A DNA stretch of 62,260 nt, the filler included, from Hausera hauseri (Eukaryota): the NCBI GenBank assembly GCA_046269625.1. It is 9 parts of 9 records of this genome, joined end to end, with 100 filler letters (N's around TTAATTAATTAA, not from the genome) between each part and the next. Parts side by side here need not be neighbours in the genome. Positions count along the whole stretch, not along the records: positions 8,730 to 16,391 come from JBJURY010002125.1; positions 16,492 to 22,108 come from JBJURY010220076.1; positions 22,209 to 27,125 come from JBJURY010392034.1; 6 more parts are not named here. One strand, 5' to 3'. Shown in pieces: positions 12,320 through 25,083 of the stretch. Numbering within the stretch: the stretch's first letter is position 1; every line of letters starts with the position of its first letter. The position numbers and the translations under genes are program-made. Below the pieces are notes generated by a model. The model searched no databases and was not told where the DNA came from. It was given only the letters and a program-made list of their open reading frames with translations.

Positions 12320-15300
12320 TTCACGTTGGAAGCAACAGTCGTCACTCTAACACAGCAAAACATTAACTTTCTTATAGACACCGGCGCAGCAATCTATCCA
12401 CTGCCACCAACACAACATATTTAACACAATTACAATTCACAAAAGCAACTTTTTACTGCGTCCGGTAAACCTTTACAAATTTTTTGAGTCACCACATTAA
12501 CATTCACTCTCTCACACATCACAAACACATTCACATGGAAATTTACAATAGCTAATGTACGCACACTTATATTTGGTAGAGACTTTCTGTCCCACTACAA
12601 TTTATTTGTAGATTGCAAGCGATGTTCCTTAAAAAGCGGAAATAATCTCAATCAAATCAGCAGCATTTCGGTAACCACCCAGGCGATCGCCTCCAATAAG
12701 TCGATACTGAAACAAAAGACTTCCGATTTAAATTATTTTTATAACCATACATTATATAGAAATTTTTATAACGGCAACAAATACGATATTGCCAACTGCG
12801 TGGCACCTATTACCGATAGTACAGCTGCCAACACTATTTTCAACACGAACATCCTGCACCTAATACAACCTAGTCACAACACCTTGTCTACAACTCATAA
12901 CTCAACTGCATCCAGTCAAGATGCATCGATACAATCGGATAATTTGTCATCGTTGCCTTCTGATCTACAGCAATACATTTCGTCTTTCTGCACGCGTCTG
13001 CTGCAGAAGGACAAATTATTTGTACCAACTCAATCCACCTTTCATCATATAGTAACGGCACATCACAGACCAATACTTCAAAAGGTCCGTCCGCTATCGC
13101 CTGGACGCAGACAGGCAGTAGGGGCTCAGTTTCTCGACCTTGATAAATCAGGCATAATCAGAAGATCCAAATTCCCGTGGTCTTCACCACTGCACGTGAT
13201 TCCAAAAAAAACGCTACCTTTCGCCCATGCGGTGATTACCGCCAACTTAACACCATAACAACAATGGATGCCTACCCTTGACCATTAATCAACGATATTT
13301 TACTCCATGGCTCGACCATATTTTCCTGCATTAATCTACATAAAGCATACCACCAAATTCCGATGACCCCAGCAGACATTCCGGAAACGGCTGTCATTAC
13401 ACCTGTCGGCCTTTTAGAATAACTTTTTATGCCTTTTGGACTTCGTAACGCGTCCCAGACCTTCCAAAGGCATATCGATACAGTTCTTTCAGGTTTAGAC
13501 TTAGCCTATCCCTACATTTATTATATCTTAATTGCATCATATTCCTCCAAACAACACTCTGAACACTTACGCTTAATCGTCTAGCGCTTACACCAAAACA
13601 ACTTGCAAATCAATTTCTCTAAATGCTCCTTTTTCCAACATAAGGTCAATTTCCTGGGACATGTTATTAGCTGCTCCGCAAATTTACCTCAGCCAAAGCG
13701 CATCACACAGCTCAAAAACATACAACTACCACGTACATCTACAGAGATGCGTTCTTTCCTCGGAACTTTGCACGTTATTCATAAGTACGTTCCGCACTGT
13801 TCCACTCTAACCGTTCCATTTCATCAATAAGCTCTGGCAAGAAGAAACAGCTTATTCAATGGACCACCAAACTAGTCAACGCTTTCGATTACCTCAAAGA
13901 TAATCTAAAAACCTTGGAAATCCTGACCTCTCCTGACTTCCATGCAGAACTCTTCTTAACCACGGATGCATCCACAACAGCTGCAGTTGCTGTGCTCCAT
14001 TAAGTTAAAAATGGATTCCGTGAGCCATTGGAATTCTTTTCTAAAAGGTTCACAGAACAAGAGCAGAGATATTCCACCTTTGACAGAGTTGCTTGCAATG
14101 GTCCTTGCCGTAAAACACTTCAACCATTTTCTAACTGCACGAAATTTCACAACACAAACGGACCACAAGCCTCTGCTCCAAATTCTCGCCATGAAATCGC
14201 CATCTTCACGTCAGGAGAGGCAAATATTGTATTTTTCAACATCTAATTTTGAAATTAAGCACTTAAACGGAGTCGACTATTTAGTAGTTGAGTTTTTGAC
14301 CCGATCGGTCAGATCTATTGATTTTACACCAATTTTTCCTGAATCCAAACTTCAGAAAAACCAGCCACCTCCTGACATCTTTAAATCTTTTAAATCTTGC
14401 AAAACCATAGACGGTGTGACCTTTGACATCTCCAAACCTATTAATCCCAAAATCATTCTTTTTGAGTCGCTTTAAAAGGAAGCCTTCCACAGTGTACATT
14501 CGCTGCATCATCCCGGTGCCAAGGCCACTTTTCGCCTCTTACAACGCCAAGTAGTATGGCCATCGATGCGCTCTAACGTTCAGGCATGGATTAGGTAGTG
14601 TGTGGCATGCCAAAAATACAAAGTTGCTAAGCACTTAAAGCCACCATAATTTCATATTCCCTGCACGTCTCGTTTCGAATCTGTTCACATTGACCTTGTA
14701 GGGTCATTACCCTTAAATAACGGCCGTCAGTTCATCTTCCGAATGATGGACCGTTCCTCGCGATGGCCAGAAGCCGTTTCGCTTCGGAGCACCAACACAG
14801 AAACAATCGCAGACGTTTTCATCCGCACTTGGATTAGCAGGTTTAAATCACTTAGCCACATCATTTCGGTCCAACCTGTTTAAAGCTCTTGTCAATCGAT
14901 TGGGAATTAACCACATTCACACATCACCATATCATTTCCAATCGAATGGTCTTCTCGAACGCTTTCACCAAACAATGAAAACGTCTCTCAAAATTCTTGC
15001 AGAGTTCAATCGCAGTTGGACTACACTCCTTCCATATGTTCTGCTTGCCTGGCGAAACACACCATCAACTTCTACAGACTGTTCACCTGCAGAAGTATTA
15101 TATGGCACTTCCATCAGATCATTATTCTAGCTGACTGAGCTTGGCAATACTCCTACAGACGAAACTATACAAGCGGCACAGAGACACTTCGTTGACATCA
15201 GCAAAGGCTCATTTTGCAGATTGTTACACGCAAATAAACCCTACATACCAGATGATTTATATACTGCCAGGTTCGTTTGGCTAAACAATCAGACACAGTG

Positions 15301-15420
15301 TGGTTTTCAACTTTAGTATGTCGACCCTTACAAAGTAATTTGCATACACTCCCTCAACATCATCATTCTCAAAGACAACAAAAAAATAACAATTTACATC
15401 AATAATGCTTAACCGGCTTT
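12320..15420 (+). pseudogene. Ty3/Gypsy pol (PR-RT-RNase H-IN), decayed; unrelated to the giant family
   Basis: FLIDTGA (12377); PWSSPLHV, CGDYRQLN, MPFGLRNASQTFQR; TTDAS, YSTFDR, TDHKPL; HSLHHPG, HIDLVG, RWPEAV, SNGLLERFH. Confidence 0.93.
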
Positions 15421-15599
15421 ATTCGCTGACGACACGTCTCCCATTGAAACCACTTCTCCACCAACATCTTTATACAACGCGCAGCAGTCCAACAATTTAC
15501 CTTCCATCTCTACTCATTGTACTAATCCACTTTTTTTAAGTTTTATTCCAAAACTTCTATTTCAATTTTTTCTCACAATTCAGCCTCTTTCACCCCATA

Positions 15600-16070
15600 C
15601 GATTTTGCACCTTCAAGCCTTTTACCATCTTCTTCATCCCCTCACAACAACCTGCTTCCTCCTTTTACAGCACTTCCTCCATCAAACACCATTTCGACTT
15701 CACCAATCTCTTCATCCACACCTTTTATCATTCCAACTTCTTGCACACCAACCCCCAACTACTTTCCTTTGTCTTCTCCATCTTCTTGCTCTCTTTTAAT
15801 TTATACCTCTTCACCATTTTTTCTCTCTCTCTCTCCTTCTCCTTACACACCTTCATCATCTTCGGCGCTTTTTTCCTCCCTTTCTTCTCACACATCGCCT
15901 TCTACTCCTTTCACTTCCGCTTCACAACTTTTTCCTCTCTTTACCTCTTTCCCTATCCCTTTTCCTCTCTCCACTACTACGTCTGTTTCATATTCTACTT
16001 CCACTCTCTCGCACAATTCAATTTCAACCTCTACTACAACTCCTTCACCCTCTTCTTCTCTTTTTTCTGA
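15600..16070. repeat. Pyrimidine-rich low-complexity tract in the 3' region of the Gypsy element
   Basis: C/T-dominated sequence yielding spurious Ser/Phe/Leu-rich ORFs. Confidence 0.8.
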
Positions 16071-16491
16071 CTCAGCTTGGCAAGACAAAACACTAACAAC
16101 AAAATCTGACAATTTTGTTCCCCAACTTTAAACTCTGCAAACAAACACACAGTATAATGACAAAACACGCAGAGTCACACTCAATAAATATAGCAGGGAA
16201 AAATCACTAGAAGGCACCAAACGTCTTGTCTACACTAAGGCCAGCTAACAGACACTTTTTCGTCTTACGGTTTTTTCTTTCTTTTTTACCCTTTATAGTT
16301 TTCACTTTACTCCGGGGACGATGTGGTGCCCACAGCGGCCGGCGCCCTCTGGCCTATTTGGTTGGGCACGGCCGGGCCTCCGTTGCCGCCGNNNNNNNNN
16401 NNNNNNNNNNNNNNNNNNNNNNNNNNNNNNNNNNNTTAATTAATTAANNNNNNNNNNNNNNNNNNNNNNNNNNNNNNNNNNNNNNNNNNNN

Positions 16492-19375
16492 AAGAGCAGT
16501 TATGATAGGAGTCTTTTCATACGTGCCATGTGTATAGTTTACGTCGAATAGGTAGGGTACGTTGTCAAATTTTTTACTCAGGAAGGATTTTAATAAGAGG
16601 AATCGTTTGAACGCTACTGTGTGACGCAGTGGGGTACTAAGTAATTGTGGTTAGAAAATAGATTGAAACACTCTGTTGTCGTTGGCATAATCAAATATGA
16701 GGGTTGCAAGGTTATGTCGATCATGGCGTATAGCGAGTAGTAAGGGAATGTCCCCATTTACGTTGAGTAGATGTAAGGGTGCTTGTGACTGAATGAGCAT
16801 GAGTATAAAGAAATTATGACATTCGCTCATAATGGCTAAGTGAATAATGGTATTGCCGTTTGTATCTTGGAATTTTAATGATTTAGCTGCTTCGGCGCCT
16901 TGTTGGGTAATGGCTTCCTTGACTCTTTCCTCATTTTCTGATGTTACTGCTAACATTAATGGAGTTGTTCCGGCGTTGTTTACTGTTGTGTAGTCCATTG
17001 GTTTAGCTGGTTTGTCGGTACATTCTACCATGTAACGTTCATCCTTTTGTAGAACTTGTTCTTCGTTATTTTCTATATAACGGTAGTACTCATCTTCCTT
17101 GATGATTGATAACCATTTTTCTTAGACGTAAATTTCGAAGTAATATTCCAGATTGGTTAGAGGAATTTTAAATGGCCTGTTATCAGGTGTTACTCCGCAG
17201 GAGGTTGTATATTTTTTCTTGCGTTTTCGTTGATATATACATGTAGTAATGATTGTCGATACGACAAGTGTTATGATGATGGGTTTGCTGTTATTTTTAG
17301 AAAAAATATGTCGTAGTTTGCTTGGGCTTGTTTCACTGATTCAACTAATGGTGATGTGACTGTCAGTGTACGATTGTCTTTAGGTGGAACGGTAAATTTT
17401 ATAAAAATGAATTTCCCTCCCTTCATTATTTCCTCGAATGTTGGAAATCGGAATAATGAATTTACTCCTCTTTTGAATGTATTGGCCTTCATAATGCAGC
17501 TGTTCTGGGTTTGCGAAACGGGTCGTAGTATGATAGCTGGATATGAGCTAAGTAAGAGTAACCGGATATTAATTGAGTGCATTCAACGTAGGTACTAGAG
17601 ATTAGAAAGCAAGCGTCATTGGCGTTTTCTAATGTGACGATAAAATCTGGATTGCGTAAACTGAACATTACACGGTCAGATCTCACCTGGAGATAAATAT
17701 TCAGTGGTATGAATGGAATTATTTTGATTCGTTTTGGGGTTTGTCGTAATCCTGCTATCAGATACGGAATTTTGTTATGTACAGAATAGTTGATACTACT
17801 CAACCAAAGGGTATTTGGACAAGAAGATTGTAATTGTAATGTTAGGAGTATTTGTCTATTGTCATGTTTCGTGCATTATATAGGAGGTCGTGAGATCGTG
17901 AACTCTAGGGTATACACCTCCTCTCTATTGCGTTTCGCAGCGCAGGACAGAGCGTAGTGCGCTCTACTAATTTGTCGTGCTACTACTAAAATTTCGTTTT
18001 CGTAAAATATGTTTGCATTAATTCCCGGGGTACGTGGGATTATTGGTGCTTTTCTTTCAATTCCTTTTACAGTACTTCTCCATATACCATTTACGAGATA
18101 AATATGGAGAATATTAGGGATTTTTCCTGATCTGAATGCGCAAATATGCAGGTTGACTGGTTGTGTTCCCTGGAGTGATGGATGTTGTTATTGTTGATGG
18201 ATGTATCGGCGTATCGGGTGGTTATTTGAATTACCCTTCCTTTTGGTATTTTTCTGCCCCACTCATTTGGTAGACATTGCTTCTTATAGTTATGTTGATC
18301 TATAAATATTCTTTCTTGTAACAACAATTTGTCGATATTGGTTTGCTCTTTTTGTTTCTGTGAATTATCTGTTAAGGATAACGTAACGGTCTTTTGCTCT
18401 GTGGGTATCATTATTTTAATCGTCCGGTTTTCAGAGACAGGCAGATCCTTGCTTCTTGATGAATGTATTTGTACTGAAAAAATAGATCCTTGGGTAACTT
18501 TAAAACAATTTTCTTTATTGGTTGAAGCAGAAGTAAACGCTATTTTTGATTGTCGGTAAAGCGTTAATGTTCCCCATTCTTCGTTCATAGATTAACCATT
18601 TTTCTGTTTTGTTCCGTTGAGGGGAGAATTTTATAAGTAGGCACTTTTTTACGGTTATACTGAATGAAAAGTTTTTTGGTGCAGTTTCTTGGATATCCCA
18701 GGGTTTTGTTTTAGGGCTTCTTTTCAGAAATTTCATGAAATCTGAAAATGTGTTTGGTAATACCTGATTAGACATGCTTGCAATTATTTTTTGATGGCTT
18801 GGTATTGGTTGTGTCGAAGAATTTGGTATATGGCAAACTAATATTCTTAGGGGTAAAATCATCCGTCGAGATTTTGAGCCAATTCGGGTTACGTTTGGCC
18901 TTGCGCCATTATAATTGAGGGGTTGATTTGTCAATCTAGTACTGAATCGTACTTTGCGGGTAGTGGAATGCTTTTCAGCAAGTCGTTATATTCTAATGCA
19001 TAGAATTAATACGGGTGTTAATATAATTGCGACGGCAACAGGGGGTATAATAGTTACTAGTAATAATGATCTATGGTCTAGATTTGCTATTTTATTTGAT
19101 GATTTAATTTTTGTTAATATTTCGTCTTTCCTGATTGTTATCAGAGGTTTGGTAGGGAAAGCATGTTGTTCCTCAGTTATAGTTATGTGATGTAAAGCCA
19201 TTGTTTTTTGTTTGAAAGACGGTTCATGAGGTTGGTGTATTATCTGTACCCAATAATAGGTTCTTGGGTCTAAGTTTATTTCATTTGATGGATGTATTTG
19301 TGAGTAGAAAACAGGTGACAGTAGCGTCGCCGAATGAAACAGTATAATTTTGATCAGGAAAATTGAATATGACAT
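16492..19375 (-). pseudogene. Decayed intronless membrane-protein cassette ending in TM segment and cytoplasmic ankyrin repeats
   Basis: Signal-like MSYSIFLIKIILFHSATLLS; TM LLLVTIIPPVAVAIILTPVLILCI; second TM IITLVVSTIITTCIY+QRKRKK (~17215-17280); ankyrin repeats GTTPLMLA, GNTIIHLA, GDIPLLLA and a further EKTPIITAL at the contig edge. Confidence 0.6.
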
Positions 19376-20469
19376 GGTTGTCCTTTACATGGAACGAAAT
19401 ATATAAGGGGTTGAATTAAATGGTTTTAATACGCTCGGAAAGTTTTATACCATTATAAGATGCGCGTAATGGTGCATCGATAGCGTCAAAATGGGTAGTG
19501 CTTATCCAAAATGTATTGGGACATGTGGATGGTAGTTGCAAGGTTAACAATATCAGTTGATCGTCACTTGGTGTACAAATCATTGATGGTGTTAGGCTAG
19601 ATTATTCTATGTTGTAATCTTCTTTGTTCGTTAGTTTTGCCGTGCAGGTTATGATATACAGTGTGTTTTTATCCGAGGTATTATCCCTATAAGCCATACG
19701 GAATTTTCTGCTTCTGCATATCGACTGATCGTGTTCAGATACGAGGCGGCATGGAGTATCGGACAGTCATTCTTTGCTAAATTATCTGTTGTTTAAAGCT
19801 GAGCTCATTTTTCTTCAATTTTGGGTTTATTTTGTCGGGCCTGAAGTGTACATTTCTTTCCTTTACATCCATTCAGTCTGATCCACTCCGTAAACCTCCC
19901 TTCTAGTAAATAAGGTAAGAAAATAAAATAAGTTTAGAAGCAATATTTGAAGAAATAACATGCACATTCTTTTTGCTACAACAGCTTATTTGATCTGTGA
20001 CAAGAATTATATTAAGATAAAAACATGTCTATGTCAATGATAAAAGCATTAAAAAAAGAACTGCTTGAAACTTAATGCAGCCTTGCATCGAGCGTCTCTC
20101 TACGTCAGTCTCAGGGGACAATAACGAGAAAATGGACAAATGGGAGATCTCTACACTTGATTTGTGTACGGTCTTTCTAGCTTAACGTTTCATTCTCCAA
20201 TTGATTAATTTTTCACTCTCCACTACTCCCTCACTCTTTCTCCTACATTATCAGGAATGCTCGCGTCAAATTTTCAAGAAGTGGCATCTTGTTTTATTCA
20301 TTAAGAAATCCATTAAAGGGCCTTATTTCGTGCAAGCATGTAAAAGATGTGCCTTTCAAGGTAGAGCCAGGGCAAATCCACTCCATCAGCTAATGACGGC
20401 ACTCATTACGCGAAGAAGCTGGCTAATGAAGGCGCGGTGGCCGGCCGATCCCCTCCCCCTAATTACAAC

Positions 20470-20550
20470 GGCAATTGTAAGATTCGAACTCACACCTCCA
20501 AAGAGAGTGGCGCCTTAAACTGCTTTCTTAGACCGCTCGGCCACTCTACC
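20470..20550 (-). pseudogene. tRNA-Leu(AAG)-derived pseudogene or SINE head
   Basis: Reverse strand GGTAGAGTGGCCGAGCGGTCTAAG...TTAAGGC...GTTCGAATC...TGCC resembles eukaryotic tRNA-Leu; anticodon and acceptor stems mismatched. Confidence 0.75.
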
Positions 20551-20759
20551 CATACGATGAAAAAAGGATATTGTGAACATAATTTGAAACAAGTCTCTTT
20601 CTGTCTGTGTTTCTGTATCATCCCACAAATATGATAAGATTACAACGGAAACTGCAAAGAGAGACTCGGTGGATACCGATGAAAAGAAAGACGTTCTCCA
20701 AGGGTCGGTCCCGAAACAGGAAAACTCCATCCTGATAGTGGAGACACCAAAGCAAATTA

Positions 20760-21085
20760 TAATTAACTGACATCTAAATTTTGGCATGTGAATTGTGCAG
20801 TTGGAGTGTTTTCATCCTGAAGAGATGAAGTTGTAGTCTACAGTGTCCTGTGCGGATCCTGCCAATTTGAATTTGTTTAGCTCTAGGATAGGATCATGTC
20901 GATTATATGCTGCCTGTTCTCTGATGACATGAGATCTTGCATTTTGCCTTGATGGGAGTCTTTGCTTTATTAAGGATACCCTGTGATGGGCACTAACTTT
21001 GCCAATCAGTCGACTGCCTTATTTCCTTGTATACAGGAATCCATTGTAGTGATACTCTGTTGTTTGTAGATAGTTGTTACTGACT
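20760..21085 (-). mobile_element. 3' remnant of an RNase H-encoding non-LTR retrotransposon (I/Ingi-like)
   Basis: Reverse strand encodes RVSLQWIP, GNKAVD*LAK, RIRTGHCRLQLHLFRMK. Confidence 0.7.
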
Positions 21086-24000
21086 GATGATCAAGACAGT
21101 GTTTAATTTCCATTTAAAAAAAAAAGTGGTTAGCCCTTCAGTTTGTAAGGAAAGGTTTGTATAAAGCTCTAAATAAGTATGTAATAAACATACTCTGCTG
21201 AATTTAAAAATCAAGTGTAGCATGATGAATGCTGGTACCATTCTGGCACTGCCAGAGCATACAAAATATGCTTATGTGTCAACAGTAAATGGACTGTCTA
21301 ACAACATCTCCTCAAATGACACCGCCCGCCCTCCTCACAGCACACCGGACTACAGAGCAGCAAAGACGGAGCGGCCATTTTACCCAGGGCAAACGCCGCC
21401 ACCCCTGCGCCGCGTCAGCTCCAATCCCTCCGAGCTCGTCCCCCTGAGCTCGCACCGACGAGTTGAGGGTAGGTAGAGGACCACAGACCCGGTTCTGGGT
21501 CCAGTTAGACCAGAAATTGACCTGCTCAAACAGAACCCCTCAGTCAGAACAGAATCCTGACGAGAACAGAACGAGCCAGTCCAGTGAAGATATTCAGCTT
21601 TTTATACTTTCTGACATATTCAGCTTTTTATTTCTCATTAAATGAACACTTTTATACTTAAAACCCTTTAAAATAATTATAAATCTTTTATATTTTGTTC
21701 AGATTCTTTCTGCTCTCCTTCTGCTGACTTTAACTTTTTCTACCTTTTTAGTTCGAGCTTTTTAACTTAAATTCTCTTATGAGAAACACTAAGGATTTTT
21801 TCATATGTACATAAGTAACTTGTGGATCTGCAAAAAAGTACTTTGCTCTATTACATAAAAATAAAGTGAATCCATTAATGCATTGCCTCATTACTATGTA
21901 ATGAGAAGAGCCAATAAGAATTGTATGCATCTGTGTTTGGTGAAGCTTTGTTATTCCGATGCAGATTGTAGCCAATTCCAGTTTTTCTATAATTAATAAG
22001 ATATGAGAACGGCATTGAAAGTTTTTATTAGGAGATTTAAACGTGTGTAAAAGGACACACAGCAAGATGTTTTAAGCTAACATCTTATAGTAGCGATTAG
22101 CCTGGTTANNNNNNNNNNNNNNNNNNNNNNNNNNNNNNNNNNNNNNNNNNNNTTAATTAATTAANNNNNNNNNNNNNNNNNNNNNNNNNNNNNNNNNNNN
22201 NNNNNNNNTTCATAGTGATAATTAAAACTTTATGATACCCCCATGTATATTTACTTTTCTAGGGAAAATAACGAGATTATTTTAGATTTATTTTACTCCC
22301 AGACTGTCCTAAAATAATCATTTTCCGATGAAAAACGTATGAATGTTTCCGAATTTCAGCAAAGATGTGAACAACTACGTTACGAAATACTATCATAATT
22401 AATGTGTAAAGATGGAAAAAATAGATAAGCATGTTACAACATTATGAAAAGCTCAATCATTAAAACTTTCAACACTTTTAAATAAAAGAAGTTTAAAGAG
22501 AGTTTCAGAATTCAATAGATTGTTAACAGAAAATCTAGGGATGAAGCAAAAAGAAATATGTAAGATGAGAATTTATGTTAGAACTATTAAAAAATTTCCA
22601 AGATGCTAAAGTCTGTATAGACATAGAATTAGAGCGAAGCACGTCAAATCTATAGATCTTAGAGAATGAGAACATCAGATTATAGAAGCTAATAAACCCA
22701 TACAAAAAAAACAAAAATTATTAGTAAAATTGGTACTAGCAACAAAAGATTGGGTTCAAATGATACTTTCGGAGGTTCGACTTTACCAAATGATATAAAA
22801 ATAAATGATGATTTAACAGAACAATCTTTAAATTAAATATTTTGAAAATGAAAACTATATTAACACAAGTTAAAGATTTAATGGAGAAATATGAATGTAA
22901 AGTTCTGATTTACAAACAAAAATCAGAAAAATTTAAACTAACGTGCAAAATCACGGGATTAAACGTATAAATCAAATCATAAAGTACAACTTAAAATAAA
23001 TAAAAAAATATCAGATTCACCCAACAATTGGATTCAAAATCAACAAAATAACTACAAGTGCCGAAAAATAAATCACTACCGAAGTGACCAGCACTTGTAG
23101 TCAACCACAGTTATAAGCAAAATCTGTGGATTTAAACCCGTTTGTTTAAGTCCACAGTAAAAAATTAGAACGGAATATTCAAAAAAGAAAACGAAGAATC
23201 AGATTACTCAAAAAAGCGAAAGAAAAGAAACTCGTTAACCAGCACTACGCTAAGACTTTCGAAAGTCAACAACAAAGACAGTGAACCAAACACACGAGCT
23301 CTTGACGCGGTAGCGAAGCTCACGTCGTCGTCAACAAGGTTAATCAATCGCCAGTGGGAACGACCGTACCATTCCGGGGTACCGAGTTCCAAAGATACCT
23401 CGACCAGTCCTAGATGGAGACACGACGCAGATGTAGAACCATGTTGTAGTACGAGAACTCGCCGTTGGTGACGGCCAACGGCAAAATCGGCGAAACGCCA
23501 ACGTCAACAGAAGACAACTCTGCGTTCAGGATCGTCAAACGCCGCATCCATCATACTCGGACAATCGAACGGTGCATGAGTTTCTGCAGCGTAGCCGCTG
23601 TGTGCGGCACCTCAGCCGACTACCCGAATACGACCAGTGTTCGATACCGGTAAGTAACCTCGAAAGGTTCTATGCCTACGGAGAGAAGAGGAAGCTCCTT
23701 GATCCTTAAGCATACACTCCAATATTTTTCCGGTTGATGGCTGACGTCTAGCGCTTGTTCGAGTCACTGGTTCCGTCAGAGAGCCAGCTGATGCGGTATA
23801 CGACGCCTAAAGGTGTTAAGTTCTAGTTCAGATGACGTAACAATCCCGTCCATACACGGCGGGAACCTGCACAGTTGAACTTCAGTTCGGACAACGCGCC
23901 GACTCTTTTCCGACGGACTCATAGGACGGATTCAGCCCACTAGTCAACTGAGGAATCATATTAATCAGCGGATGAAGCAAATAATTATAATAAACTGTTT

Positions 24001-24400
24001 TCGAGTTGTTTTTCCGTTCATTTTATTCGCCCCCGTCGTTTTTTTTTCGACGGTTTTGTGAAATCTGAACGCCATATTGTGCACAGTTCTGGTAGGAGCA
24101 CAGCAAACACTTCTAAATGTACCTCATTTGTATTGGCCTCAATATTTTGGAAATTGTTAAGCGAATGTAAAACTTGTATTTTGTTTGGAGCAGTATAAGG
24201 TAGATTTTAATTAATGTCCTAGAAGTTCTAATCAAATGTTTATTACATATGGCAGTACAGAATATTGTGAACTTGGTCTATTATGTAATCATCACTATGT
24301 GCGGTATAATGCTGTATAATATGATAGTTGTAAGTGTTAGTTTCATTCTACTTTTGTAGTTGTAGTTGTAGCAGCTGAAATTGGTGCTGAGCTTAGAGAT

Positions 24401-24650
24401 GTGTGGCAGGAAAAAACGCCTTATGATTCGTGTATTAGGCAATGGATAAGTGATTACAAACAGGAGTCTTTTCAAGATGAAACGATGCTTTTAGTGGCTT
24501 TTACAGCAAACAGGCGTTTTCCCGTTCTTACGACTCCACCTAACGCAATCGTGAATGCGGAACAGTACATTGAATTCTTACGTTACACAGGGAACATCTG
24601 GAGAACTCGTTGCAGCAATTGTATTACAATTAACCGACGTCTTCTCCAAA
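24401..24650 (+). mobile_element. Tc1/mariner-like transposase fragment
   Basis: MLLVAFT...IVNAEQYIEFLR...R...LLQ matches the segment preceding the second catalytic Asp. Confidence 0.55.
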
Positions 24651-24654
24651 GTTA

Positions 24655-24782
24655 ACTTCTTACTCAGAGGTAATGCAATGGTCACACAAGAAGGAAAAAT
24701 TTGGATTCCAACATCGGTGAGAAGTCAATTTATTGAACACATCAGAAATCATTGTCATGCTGGAAGTAAGAAAATATATTGA
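24655..24782 (+). mobile_element. Gypsy integrase zinc-binding-domain fragment
   Basis: KIWIPTSVRSQFIEHIRNHCHAGSKK. Confidence 0.55.
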
Positions 24783-25083
24783 TACTCTATTGACTTATGT
24801 ACGAGTCTATTTGGGCCTAGTACATATAGATCATGCTGATCCTCCGGTACTGGATTCTCATCTGTTTCACTTTCTTCTTCGCCGTCATAAATCACTACTA
24901 TAGTGGTTCCTCTGGATTGATAGGAACTGGTCTTTCTTCGACAGAAGGGACACGTTTGGCTTTTTGATAACCATCTATCTGCACATTTGACACACATGAT
25001 GTGCGTGCATCGCAGCAATGCATAATTTCTTCCGAGCAGTCCACAGCATATTTCACATCGTAGTGGTGCATATCTGTCATCAT
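24755..25083 (-). pseudogene. RING-HC zinc finger fragment
   Basis: CTHIMCVKCADRWLSKSQTCPFCR; first Cys pair lies in another frame. Confidence 0.75.

Noticed and set aside
15605-16131. Ser/Phe/Leu-rich or hydrophobic ORFs as an env-like gene
   Set aside because: Low-complexity pyrimidine tract without a recognisable domain.
11198-16391. LTR pair for the conventional Gypsy element
   Set aside because: A possible PPT/TG start exists near 16314-16325, but I could not match it to a 5' LTR or a clear PBS.
20470-20550. Functional tRNA-Leu gene
   Set aside because: Anticodon and acceptor stems do not pair properly.
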